From Macrostomum lignano (Eukaryota), in NCBI GenBank assembly GCA_002269645.1, contig NIVC01000600.1, positions 62,001 through 126,000 of the forward strand: DNA of 64,000 nucleotides. The letters are read 5' to 3'. A program made the translations under genes and the position numbers. Shown here in pieces: positions 1-11,100 of this stretch. The notes beneath the pieces are model-generated. The model had not been told where the DNA came from. It ran no database searches and saw only the letters and a list, made by a program, of their open reading frames with translations. Position 1 is the first letter of the stretch. Every line of letters begins with the position of its first letter.

Positions 1-4
1 CCCG

Positions 5-1045
5 ATGGGCCCCGACGGTGTGCCGCTGATTGTGCAGCTCTGCTGCCGGGTGCTGGAAGCCGCCGGCCTGCGCCGCGAAGGCGTCTACCGGGTCAGCGGC
101 AACGCGCGGAACATCGAAGCCTTGGAGGCCGAGCTGGCCAAGCCGCCTCACGAAATGGACCCGGCCTGCGAGCTCTGGCTTGAGCACAATGTTGTAGCCA
201 GCGTGCTCAAACGGTTCCTGTTGCAGCTGCCGGACCCGCTGATCCCGGCCGTTTACTATAACGACTTTGTGAGCGCCCAGCAGCTGCACGAGCACAGCGG
301 CCGGATGCTGAAGCTGCATCGCTTGCTCAGCATGATGGAGGAGCACGCCGAGCATCCGCAGCACAAATGCCACAGGCGCACACTGCAGTACCTGGTCGGA
401 CACCTGGCCAGGGTGGCCCAGCTCAGCGCCAGCAATCGGATGCGAGTCTACAACCTGGCCATGGTGTTCGCTCCGTCTCTGTTCGGCCAGCGGGCCCAGG
501 AGACCCTGGTCTCCGACTCTGCTCACCTCATCGGCCTCACCAAGGCCATCATCGTGTACAGGGACTGGCTGTTCGCCGACTGGCAGACCGCCGACCTGTC
601 CGTGCCCACCCAGCTGGACGATCAGGAGCTTGACGCTGATCCTTCCGCTGCCGCCGCCGCGTCTGTTGACGAAGCCGACTCGTCGGCGATCCCCGCAATC
701 GACTCCTCCTCCCCGACGCCTGCGCCGCCACCGCCGCCGCCGCCGCCGCCGGCGTCGCCTCAGCAGCCGCAGCCGCCAGTCGACGTCGAAGAAGAGCACC
801 GTCGGATTTTAAGCGTCGTTCGCAGCCTCCTTGCTGACTGGCAGCGTCAAATCGGCGCGGATTCGACCGCGGCTGCTAGCAGCAGCGAGGCGTCGCCGGT
901 GCATCGCCGGCCGTCAACGGCTTCGTTGCGTCGTTGCGCCAGCATGAGCGACGAGGCGACCCAAAATGCGCCTGTGCCCGCAGCCGCAGGTGCCGCCGCC
1001 TCAGCGCCCGCCTCGACGCCTCCGTCTGGCGAGCAGCCGCTTTGA
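5..1045 (+). CDS. RhoGAP domain protein, ARHGAP21/23-like; terminal exon, 5'-partial (frame is open to the window edge)
   Basis: VPLIVQLCCRVLE..EGVYRVSGN (arginine finger), NVVASVLKRFLLQLPDPL, NRM..NLAMVFAPSLF and YRDWLF match the RhoGAP fold, closest to ARHGAP21/23 as recalled. Followed by a Pro/Ala/Ser-rich tail and TGA at 1043-1045. Confidence 0.9.
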   Translation: MGPDGVPLIVQLCCRVLEAAGLRREGVYRVSGNARNIEALEAELAKPPHEMDPACELWLEHNVVASVLKRFLLQLPDPLIPAVYYNDFVSAQQLHEHSGRMLKLHRLLSMMEEHAEHPQHKCHRRTLQYLVGHLARVAQLSASNRMRVYNLAMVFAPSLFGQRAQETLVSDSAHLIGLTKAIIVYRDWLFADWQTADLSVPTQLDDQELDADPSAAAAASVDEADSSAIPAIDSSSPTPAPPPPPPPPPASPQQPQPPVDVEEEHRRILSVVRSLLADWQRQIGADSTAAASSSEASPVHRRPSTASLRRCASMSDEATQNAPVPAAAGAAASAPASTPPSGEQPL

Positions 1046-1098
1046 TGCTTCGTTTCTGCCAGCTGCCCTCAATTGGCACCCGCCGTTATACAGCTTTG

Positions 1099-1490
1099 CT
1101 TTGATGTTAACCGCCAGTTAAACTTCTCTTTGATGTTTGCCTCCAGTTTACGGGGATCACTTTGATGTTTGCCGCCAGTTTAAGGGTTCACTTTGATGTT
1201 TGCCGCCAGTTCAAGAGTTCTCTTTGATGTTTGCCGCCAGTTCAAGAGTTCTCTTTGATATTTGCCGCCAGTTTACGGGGATCACTTTGATGTTTGCCGC
1301 CAGTTTACGGGGATCACTATGATGTTTGCCGCCAGTTCAAGAGTTCTCTTTGATGTTTGCCGCCAGTTCAAGAGTTCTCTTTGATGTTTGCCGCCAGTTT
1401 ACGGGGATCACTTTGATGTTTGCCGCCAGTTTAAGGGTTCACTTTGATGTTTGCCGCCAGTTTAAGGGTTCACTTTGATGTTTGCCGCCT
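1099..1490 (+). repeat. 31-32 bp minisatellite, about 13 units (CTTTGATGTTTGCCGCCAGTT...)
   Basis: Direct tandem units downstream of the RhoGAP stop, with three alternating tail variants (tacggggatca / taagggttca / caagagttct). Confidence 0.95.
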
Positions 1491-2871
1491 GTCGAAACTT
1501 TATTTTTTTGCTGCCGGCCGATTTCTTTCTTTAATGTTTGCCGTCATTTGCCACTGTCTAGCCAAAAAAGTGGACAGGGTACTTTATTGATTCCTTTCGA
1601 TGTTATTTTGTTATTTTTATCGTTAGGTTTTTAAACCTTGCAGCAATTAAGATAAAGAATGCTGTAATTGAGGCGGCCCTAATTATTCAAAGTGTTATTC
1701 AAAGGTCAGCTTGTTTATTTTTTCTTGTTGTTTGAGTGAGAACTAATCTCAATCTGTAACTTTCCGGTCTGTGCATCGGCCGTACTCTCTCCCTTTGAAT
1801 ACGAACAAGTCACCATTATCAGTTTTATAATATTTGTAAAGAAATTATGAGTCTTTTTGCGCCCTAAATTTTAGTACACAACATTTTTATAGATTTTTTG
1901 TTTCTCATGCTTTTAGCTAGCTTATATGTTACAGAGAATACAAATTCGAGTATATTATTATTATTATTTAGGCGCTTGTGCATTCCAGATTTGTACATTG
2001 GAATCCATATAGCTTAAATTTGTACTTTTATAAATCCTGCGAGTCGTGTTTCATTTCTAGTATTATTGCAGCCGCTGTTTGGGCATCTCGTGTTGCTTCT
2101 TTTAACCAACGCAGATCTTCTTTTGTCTGTCTTCTCTCGTCTGTTGCGCTGTATGCACTGGAGTTGAGCTTAAAATACTCGAATACTTAAATTTGATTTG
2201 CCAATGTATACACAGTAATCTGTGCTGGTCCGTTATCTTCCCTCTTCAAGTTAATCCTGCCCTGTAGTGTTTTAAGTTACTTTCGATACATATCGGTGTA
2301 TCATAACTCAGTTCTAGCTGCCCCCTATCCTATCTACCTCTCTCCTAACCCTCTCCCCTGTCTATGTCTATGCATGAGTGCAGATGTACTATTTGTTACT
2401 GAGTCCCCGGAGTTTTGTTTAATGTCATCGATTTATTTAGCAAAAAAAGTTAATTATGGATTTAAGCGCCCAGGTTTATCATTTATGCATAGGAAAATTT
2501 GCCTGAGCTTTTATTACGCTCCTCCATTCGTAGTCTCGAGTCGAGTTGTGTCGCTGGGTTTCAATGCATCAATATAATTTTTTTAGTTTAAATTTCAGAC
2601 TAATATTAATTATATTAACACTGCGTATTTGCCACATCTACTGTTAGTAATATATCTATTTGTATATTTGTTTCTTGTCTCTGTCTCGATTTTTATGGTT
2701 TTTTATTTGCTTCAATCTTCTCTAAACGAGTGCGCGTGGTTTGGATCATCGAAATACACAGCGGGCAGTGGCGGTGCGCCGTCTTGTCCTTTGGTCCATT
2801 TTATTTGAGCCATGTGTGCTCACTTTACTGCTGCCTTGATGTCTCATTGACTGCGGTTGTGCGATTGTACC

Positions 2872-4240
2872 ACCGCTACTCCTGCCCTGTACCCCACACT
2901 GCCACCCTGTACCCCACACTGCTACCCTGTACCCCACACTGCCACCCCTCTGTACCCCACACTGCTACCCCTCTGTACCCCACACTGCCACCCTGTACCC
3001 CACACTGCCACCCCTCTGTACCCCACACTGCCACCCTGTACCCCACACTGCCACCCCTCTGTACCCCACACTGCTACCCCTCTGTACCCCACACTGCCAC
3101 CCCTCTGTACCCCACACTGCTACCCCTCTGTACCCCACACTGCCACCCTGTACCCCACACTGCTACCCCTCTGTACCCCACACTGCCACCCTGTACCCCA
3201 CACTGCTACCCCTCTGTACCCCACACTGCCACCCTGTACCCCACACTGCCACCCCTCTGTACCCCACACTGCCACCCCTCTGTACCCCACACTGCTACCC
3301 CTCTGTACCCCACACTGCCACCCTGTACCCCACACTGCTACCCTGTACCCCACACTGCCACCCCTCTGTACCCCACACTGCTACCCCTCTGTACCCCACA
3401 CTGCTACCCCTCTGTACCCCACACTGCCACCCTGTACCCCACACTGCTACCCCTCTGTACCCCACACTGCCACCCTGTACCCCACACTGCTACCCCTCTG
3501 TACCCCAAACTGCTACCCCTCTGTACCGCACACTGCTACCCCTCTGTACCCCACACTGCTACCCCTCTGTACCCCAAACTGCTACCCCTCTGTACCCCAC
3601 ACTGCCACCCCTCTGTACCCTACACTGCTACCCCTCTGTACCCCAAACTGCTACCCCTCTGTACCGCACACTGCTACCCCTCTGTACCCCACACTGCTAC
3701 CCCTGTACCCCACACTGCTACCCCTCTGTACCCCACACTGCCACCCCTGTACCCCACACTGCTACCCCTCTGTACCCCACACTGCCACCCTGTACCCCAC
3801 ACTGCTACCCCTCTGTACCCCACACTGCCACCCTGTACCCCACACTGCTACCCCTCTGTACCCCACACTGCCACCCTGTACCCCACACTGCTACCCCTCT
3901 GTACCCCACACTGCCACCCTGTACCCCACACTGCTACCCCTCTGTACCCCACACTGCCACCCTGTACCCCACACTGCTACCCCTCTGTACCCCACACTGC
4001 TACCCCTATACCCCACACTGCCACCCCTCTGTACCCCACACTGCTACCCCTCTGTACCCCACACTGCTACCCCTCTGTACCCCACACTGCTACCCCTATA
4101 CCCCACACTGCCACCCCTGTACCCCACACTGCTACCCCTCTGTACCCCACACTGCCTACCCTGTACCCCACACTGCTACCCCTCTGTACCCCACACTGCC
4201 TACCCTGTACCCCACACCTCCACCCGTACACCCGCACTGC
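2872..4240 (+). repeat. 21/23 bp minisatellite (TGTACCCCACACTGCYACCC[CTC])
   Basis: Tandem array; source of the spurious [14 protein letters not shown] ORFs. Confidence 0.95.
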
Positions 4241-4353
4241 CAGTGCTAAGATGTCCCCCCTATACTCATAAAATCGCAGGGGCAATTTTCCAACAACTCA
4301 AGTCAACCAAGGCTGCTATTAAACTTACTTTTTACAGCCCATCTGATACTAAA

Positions 4354-4884
4354 ATGGAGAACGCTGTGACCACCGCATCGGCCTCGCCAATTCCGCCAGC
4401 TAAGCGAGCCCTGTCAGAGATCGATAATGTCAAGTCACCCCAGCAGCAGCCGCAGCATCAGCCTCTGCTATTCAAGTGCCTGTCTGACAAGGCCCGGCCG
4501 CCAGTCAGAGGCTCCGCTGGGGCTGTTGGCTACGACCTGTGCTCGGCCGCTGACATGAGCATCCCTAGCCGGGGCAAGGCAATTGTGCCCACAGATTTGG
4601 CCGTGGCCATTCCGCCCGGCTGCTACGGCCGGGTGGCGCCCCGGTCAGGCCTGGCCGCCAAGCACTTCATCGACGTTGGGGCCGGGGTTGTCGACCCGGA
4701 CTATCGGGGCAACGTCGGCGTTGTGCTGTTCAATCACGCCGCCGAGGACTTCAAAGTAAGCGTTGGGGATCGAGTCGCTCAGCTAGTGCTGGAAGTGGTT
4801 GCCACGCCGCCGGCTGTTAAAGTTGACGAGCTGGATGCTACGGTTCGCGGAGCTGGCGGCTACGGTAGCACCGGAATGCAGTGA
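4354..4884 (+). CDS. DUT: dUTP pyrophosphatase (trimeric dUTPase), 176 aa, intronless
   Basis: All five motifs present: [45 protein letters not shown]-terminal PAKR basic NLS-like stretch. ATG at 4354 lies 16 nt after a tttttacAG acceptor (4336-4337). Confidence 0.97.
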   Translation: MENAVTTASASPIPPAKRALSEIDNVKSPQQQPQHQPLLFKCLSDKARPPVRGSAGAVGYDLCSAADMSIPSRGKAIVPTDLAVAIPPGCYGRVAPRSGLAAKHFIDVGAGVVDPDYRGNVGVVLFNHAAEDFKVSVGDRVAQLVLEVVATPPAVKVDELDATVRGAGGYGSTGMQ

Positions 4885-5469
4885 AATTGTTTAGCGAAAA
4901 AATGCTCCAGTTGCACTACTGACCAGCCGGTTGTCAGTAGCATAATTTGCTAACTTTTTTTCCCTAATAGTAATACTTTATTCGGAAGTAAAAATTTCTA
5001 GTTTGCTACGTCCTACTGATTAACTGGCTGTCAGTAGTATAATACAATTGCTTTAACTATCCCAATTCGCACCTATGATATTACTAATAGTAGCTGTTAA
5101 TTTCCTTTCTACTCTAAATACGTTTTTACAGTCTTAGAATAATTTATTTTTGTAATAATTTTTGCACCTACTCGCCGCATTTATTCAATTCCAAAATTAA
5201 TGCAGCTGCTCTACTCGTAAGTAGTATTGTTAATATCGTAATTGCAATTTATTACATAATTTCATTCGTTATATTGCTCGCTGTTTTTCGAACTTTTTCG
5301 GTGCTATATTAATATTAAAGCATTTAGGTAATTATTACAACGAACTCAACTCACAATATATTCAATATACTCGTAACTTCAATTTTAATTCACTTTATCT
5401 GGCACAAGCACCTCTGTTTATCCTTTTCAAATGTACTTTTAGGTGTCACACAGTTTTGGCGATTGGCGA

Positions 5470-5957
5470 ATGATCCCATAGTGAATAATGAATGATTTCA
5501 TAGTGGATAATGAATGATCCCATAGTGGATAGTGAATGATCCCATAGTGAATAATGAATGATCCCATAGTGAATAATGAATGATCCCATAGTGGATATTG
5601 AATGATCCCATAGTGAATAATGAATGATCCCATAGTGGATATTGAATGATCCCATAGTTAATAATGAATGATCCCATAGTGGATAATGAATGATCCCATA
5701 GTGAATAAGGAATGATCCCATAGTGGATATTGAATGATCCCATAGTGAATACTGAATGATCCCATAGTGAATATTGAATGATCCCATAGTGGATATTGAA
5801 TGATCCCATAGTGGATAATGAATGATCCCTTAGTGGATAGTAAATGATCCCATAGTGGATATTGAATGATCCCATAGTGGATAGTGAATGATCCCATAGT
5901 GGATATTGAATGATCCCATAGTGGATATTGAATGATCCCATAGTGGATAATGAATGA
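5470..5957 (+). repeat. 22 bp minisatellite (GAATGATCCCATAGTGRATAAT), block 1
   Basis: Tandem units; produces the HYGII/LWDHS pseudo-ORFs. Confidence 0.95.
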
Positions 5958-6579
5958 TCGCGGAGCTGGCGGCTACGGTAGCACCGGACTGCAGTGAAAT
6001 TGTTTAGCGAAAAAATGCTCCAGTTGCACTACTGACCAGCCGGTTGTCAGTAGCATAATTTGCTAACTTTTTTTCCCTAATAGTAATACTTTATTCGGAA
6101 GTAAAAATTTCTAGTTTGCTACGTCCTACTGATTAACTGGCTGTCAGTAGTATAATACAATTGCTTTAACTATCCCAATTCGCACCTATGATATTACTAA
6201 TAGTAGCTGTTAATTTCCTTTCTACTCTAAATACGTTTTTACAGTCTTAGAATAATTTATTTTTGTAATAATTTTTGCACCTACTCGCCGCATTTATTCA
6301 ATTCCAAAATTAATGCAGCTGCTCTACTCGTAAGTAGTATTGTTAATATCGTAATTGCAATTTATTACATAATTTCATTCGTTATATTGCTCGCTGTTTT
6401 TCGAACTTTTTCGGTGCTATATTAATATTAAAGCATTTAGGTAATTATTACAACGAACTCAACTCACAATATATTCAATATACTCGTAACTTCAATTTTA
6501 ATTCACTTTATCTGGCACAAGCACCTCTGTTTATCCTTTTCAAATGTACTTTTAGGTGTCACACAGTTTTGGCGATTGG

Positions 6580-7268
6580 CGAATGATCCCATAGTGAATA
6601 ATGAATGATTTCATAGTGGATAATGAATGATCCCATAGTGGATAGTGAATGATCCCATAGTGAATAATGAATGATCCCATAGTGAATAATGAATGATCCC
6701 TTAGTGGATAGTGAATGATCCCATAGTGAATAATGAATGATCCCATAGTGAATATTGAATGATCCCATAGTGGATAATGAATGATCCCATAGTGGATAGT
6801 GAATGATCCCATAGTGAATAATGAATGATCCCATAGTGAATAATGAATGATCCCATAGTGAATAATGAATGATCCCATAGTGGATAATGAATGATCCCAT
6901 AGTGGATAGTGAATGATCCCATAGTGAATAATGAATGATTCCATAGTGAATATTGAATGATCCCATAGTGAATAATGAATGATCCCATAGTGGATATTGA
7001 ATGATCCCATAGTGGATATTGAATGATCCCATAGTGGATAATGAATGATCCCATAGTGAATAATGAATGATCCCATAGTGGATATTGAATGATCCCATAG
7101 TGAATAATGAATGATCCCATAGTGGATATTGAATGATCCCATAGTGGATATTGAATGATCCCATAGTGAATAATGAATGATCCCATAGTGAATAATGAAT
7201 GATCCCATAGTGGATATTGAATGATCCCATAGTGAATAATGAATGATCCCATAGTGAATAATGAATGA
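6580..7268 (+). repeat. 22 bp minisatellite, block 2
   Basis: Same unit as 5470-5957. Confidence 0.95.
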
Positions 7269-7889
7269 TCGCGGAGCTGGCGGCTACGGTAGCACCGGAC
7301 TGCAGTGAAATTGTTTAGCGAAAAAATGCTCCAGTTGCACTACTGACCAGCCGGTTGTCAGTAGCATAATTTGCTAACTTTTTTCCCTAATAGTAATACT
7401 TTATTCGGAAGTAAAAATTTCTAGTTTGCTACGTCCTACTGATTAACTGGCTGTCAGTAGTATAATACAATTGCTTTAACTATCCCAATTCGCACCTATG
7501 ATATTACTAATAGTAGCTGTTAATTTCCTTTCTACTCTAAATACGTTTTTACAGTCTTAGAATAATTTATTTTTGTAATAATTTTTGCACCTACTCGCCG
7601 CATTTATTCAATTCCAAAATTAATGCAGCTGCTCTACTCGTAAGTAGTATTGTTAATATCGTAATTGCAATTTATTACATAATTTCATTCGTTATATTGC
7701 TCGCTGTTTTTCGAACTTTTTCGGTGCTATATTAATATTAAAGCATTTAGGTAATTATTACAACGAACTCAACTCACAATATATTCAATATACTCGTAAC
7801 TTCAATTTTAATTCACTTTATCTGGCACAAGCACCTCTGTTTATCCTTTTCAAATGTACTTTTAGGTGTCACACAGTTTTGGCGATTGG

Positions 7890-8890
7890 CGAATGATCCC
7901 ATAGTGAATAATGAATGATTTCATAGTGGATAATGAATGATCCCATAGTGGATAGTGAATGATCCCATAGTGGATATTGAATGATCCCATAGTGAATAAT
8001 GAATGATCCCATAGTGGATAATGAATGATCCCATAGTGAATATTGAATGATCCCATAGTGGATAGTGGATAGTGGATAGTGAATATGAATGATCCCAAAA
8101 TGGATAATGAATGATCCCATAGTGGATATTGAATGATCCCATAGTGGATAATGAATGATCCCATAGTGGATAATGAATGATCCCATAGTTGATAATGAAT
8201 GATCCCATAGTGAATAGTGAATGATCCCATAGTGAATAATGAATGATCCCATAGTGGATAGTGAATGATCCCATAGTGGATATTGAATGATCCCATAGTG
8301 AATAATGAATGATCCCATAGTGGATAATGAATGATCCCATAGTGAATATTGAATGATCCCATAGTGGATATTGAATGATCCCATAGTGGATAATGAATGA
8401 TCCCATAGTGAATAATGAATGATCCCATAGTGAATAATGAATGATCCCATAGTGAATAGTGGATAGTGGATAGTGAATATGAATGATCCCAAAATGGATA
8501 ATGAATGATCCCATAGTGGATATTGAAAGATCCCATAGTGGATAATGAACAATCCCGTAGTGGATAATGAATGATCCCGTAGTGGATAATGAATGATCCC
8601 ATAGTGGATATTGAATGATCCCATAGTGAATAATGAATGATCCCATAGTGGATATTGAATGATCCCATAGTGGATATTGAATGATCCCATAGTGAATAAT
8701 GAATGATCCCATAGTGGATAGTGAATGATCCCATAGTGGATATTGAATGATCCCATAGTGGATATTGAATGATCCCATAGTGAATAATGAATGATCCCAT
8801 AGTGGATAATGAATGATCCCATAGGGGATAATGAATGATCCCATAGTGAATAGTGAATGATCCCGTAGTGGATTTTGAATAATCCCGTAG
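7890..8890 (+). repeat. 22 bp minisatellite, block 3
   Basis: Same unit as 5470-5957; longer and more variable. Confidence 0.95.
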
Positions 8891-8930
8891 TGAATACCTG
8901 TACTTTTCGGCGTTTACTCCAGAAAATTTC

Positions 8931-9073
8931 ATGGACTCCCAGGGAGACATCTGCATGGCAACCAGCGACTGCGAGCTGACTGTGGAATCTCTGCAGGCGT
9001 CGCAGCAGCAGCAGCAGCTCTCTGCCTGCGATAACAGCAGCGCTGCTGCCGGCCTCTCGCCCAGCAAATTCAG
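8931..9073 (+). CDS. BORA: Bora homolog, exon 1 ([14 protein letters not shown]...LSPSKFS)
   Basis: ATG lies 8 nt after acceptor tttactccAG (8921-8922). Donor CAG|GTAGGT at 9074 is phase 2 and joins in frame to tttcAG|T at 9424/9425. Confidence 0.65.
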
Positions 9074-9088
9074 GTAGGTTAGTTGGTA

Positions 9089-9155
9089 CTGTCTGTCTGT
9101 CTCTCTGTCTGTGTGTCTGTCTGTGTGTCTGTCTGTCTGTCTGTCTGTCTGTCTT

Positions 9156-9214
<59 letters not shown>

Positions 9215-9281
9215 TTCTGTCTGTCTGTCTGTCTGTCTGTGTGTCTGTCTGTCTGTCTGCCTGTCTGTTTGTCTGTCTGCC

Positions 9282-9362
<81 letters not shown>
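9089..9362 (+). repeat. (TCTG)n microsatellite in Bora intron 1
   Basis: Tetranucleotide array. Confidence 0.95.
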
Positions 9363-9364
<2 letters not shown>

Positions 9365-9424
9365 ACGCAATGCAGCTATTTCACCAAATGCATTGAGCCG
9401 CAAAATGCTCAAACAAAATTTCAG

Positions 9425-9993
9425 TTCAAGCACTCCGACAAAACAGCAGCAGCAGCAGCAGCAGGCTGATCAGCAGCAGCACAACGGCGGCTACGAGCTG
9501 CTGTACAGCCACGGACCCGGAGGCGCCATCAGCGACGTCAGCCTGCGCACACCCAGCGGTGCCCGCTACTACAATCCCTTCCTGCGCTGGGAGGCCAGCG
9601 CCGGCCTGGCAGGCGGCGGCTGCAGCGGCTGGAACGGCGGCATCACCGTCAGCCCCGGCATCTTCGCCCCGACCGCCGCCGTGGCCGCTGCCACCGCCGC
9701 CGCTGCCGCAGCAGCCGCCGCCGCAACTCTATCGCCGGACCATCGGGCTCGGGTTTGCCCCGACCAGATTGACAGCTCGGAGGAGACAGCGCTTAAACAG
9801 GAGGCTTATAGCGCTCGCCTAACGGCACACTGGGACTCGCAGTTCGGCGTGCAGGACGCCATCGAGGCATACTTCAAGTCCCAGATTGTGGCGCCTTCTC
9901 CGGCCGGTTTTGATAACGGCAAAGGAGGCGGCCGGAGCCGACCGGAGGAGCCGCACGTAGACAGCGGCACCGAGTGTGCGCCCAAGTGGAACG
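9425..9993 (+). CDS. BORA: Bora homolog, exon 2 (conserved N-terminal Bora domain)
   Basis: [26 protein letters not shown] and [17 protein letters not shown] align with Bora NPFE, SPSVF, WSIDQLAVINPVEID and QKAIEEFFTKDVIVPSP. Phase-1 donor G|GTGCGA at 9994. Confidence 0.8.
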
Positions 9994-10027
9994 GTGCGAA
10001 CTTGCTGCGAAACTCCCACCACCTCAT

Positions 10028-10755
10028 ATGTACACGCTCTCTTCGCCCATGTACACACACCCTCTTCCCTAATGTACACACGCCCTCTTAACCCTGTCCC
10101 AATGTATACACAATCCCTCTGTAGTTTAAACTCGTCATATTACCCACAATCAAAACACTCTATCTCTACCCCAATGTACACACGCTCCCTCTGCCCCCAA
10201 TGTACACACGCTCCCCCTGCCCCTAATGTACACACGCTCCCTCTGCCCCCAATGTACACGCTAATCCTGCCCCCAATGTACACACGCTCCCTCTGCCCCC
10301 AATGTACACACGCTCCCTCTGCCCCCAATGTAGACACGCTTCCTCTGTCCCAATGTACACGCGCTCCCTCTGCCCCCAATGTACACACGCTCCCTCTGCC
10401 CCTTAATGTACACACGCTCCTTCTGCCCCCAATGTACACACGCTCCCTCTGCCCCCAATGTACACACGCTCCCCCTGCCCCCAATGTACACACGCTCCCT
10501 CTACCCCCAATGTACACACGCTCCCTCTGCCCCCAATGTACACACGCTCCCCCTGCCCCTAATGTACACACGCTCCCTCTGCCCCCAATGTACACACGCT
10601 CCCCCTGCGTCCAATGTACACACGCTCCCCTGCCCCTAATGTACACACGCTCCTCCTGCCCCCAATGTACACACGCTCCCTCTGCCCCAATGTACACACG
10701 CTCCCCCTGCGTCCAATGTACACACGCTCCCTCTGCCCCCAATGTACACACGCCC
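10028..10755 (+). repeat. 26 bp minisatellite (AATGTACACACGCTCCCTCTGCCCCC) in Bora intron 2
   Basis: Tandem array containing an internal ~70 bp non-repetitive segment. Confidence 0.95.
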
Positions 10756-10789
10756 TTCTTAACATACATTTACGCTTCTTTTCCCGCAG

Positions 10790-11087
10790 TGTCCACTCAG
10801 ACAATACTGTCTATCCCGGCCTTCTTTGATCTCGCCGCTATCATATCTGACAATGATGATGGAGGGACGAACAATTGCTGCGGCGAGCCGGCCGCTGACT
10901 GGGCGGCTGAGTCCAGTCCCGTGCGACCGTCGCCACCGCTGCAGATCTCGCAGTTGCCATTGACGCCGGATCGCGTTGTCAAGGCGTTTCAGGTTCTGCC
11001 TAGCAGCGGCAGTCCGCAGCTTGGCCAGCAGACTCGGCCGAAACTACAGCCAAACTTCCAGCCTATGGAGGTTATCAAAGAGCGTTC
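10790..11087 (+). CDS. BORA: Bora homolog, exon 3
   Basis: Acceptor tttcccgcAG. VSTQTILSIPAFFDLAAII matches Bora AACQTLLSLPVDFNLENIL. Donor TC|GTGAGT at 11088 is phase 2. Confidence 0.8.
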
Positions 11088-11100
11088 GTGAGTGGCATAT

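Larger units (their letters stand above)
4845..8890 (+). repeat. Tandem triplication of [last 40 bp of dUTPase CDS + ~570 bp AT-rich 3' region + 22-bp satellite block]
   Basis: Copies start at 4845, 5958 and 7269. The non-satellite parts look identical except ATG>CTG near the stop in copies 2 and 3. Confidence 0.93.

Noticed and set aside
2857-4353. 675-aa ORF appearing to give dUTPase a long Cys/Pro/Thr-rich N-terminal extension
   Set aside because: The extension is a stop-free translation of the 21/23-bp satellite, open in several frames and beginning at GTG. A canonical acceptor and ATG precede the real domain.
5439-9433. Long HYGII/LWDHS and SVCL/DRQT ORFs here, and similar repetitive ORFs throughout the track
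   Set aside because: They are translations of non-triplet or tetranucleotide tandem repeats that cycle through frames, with no domain content.
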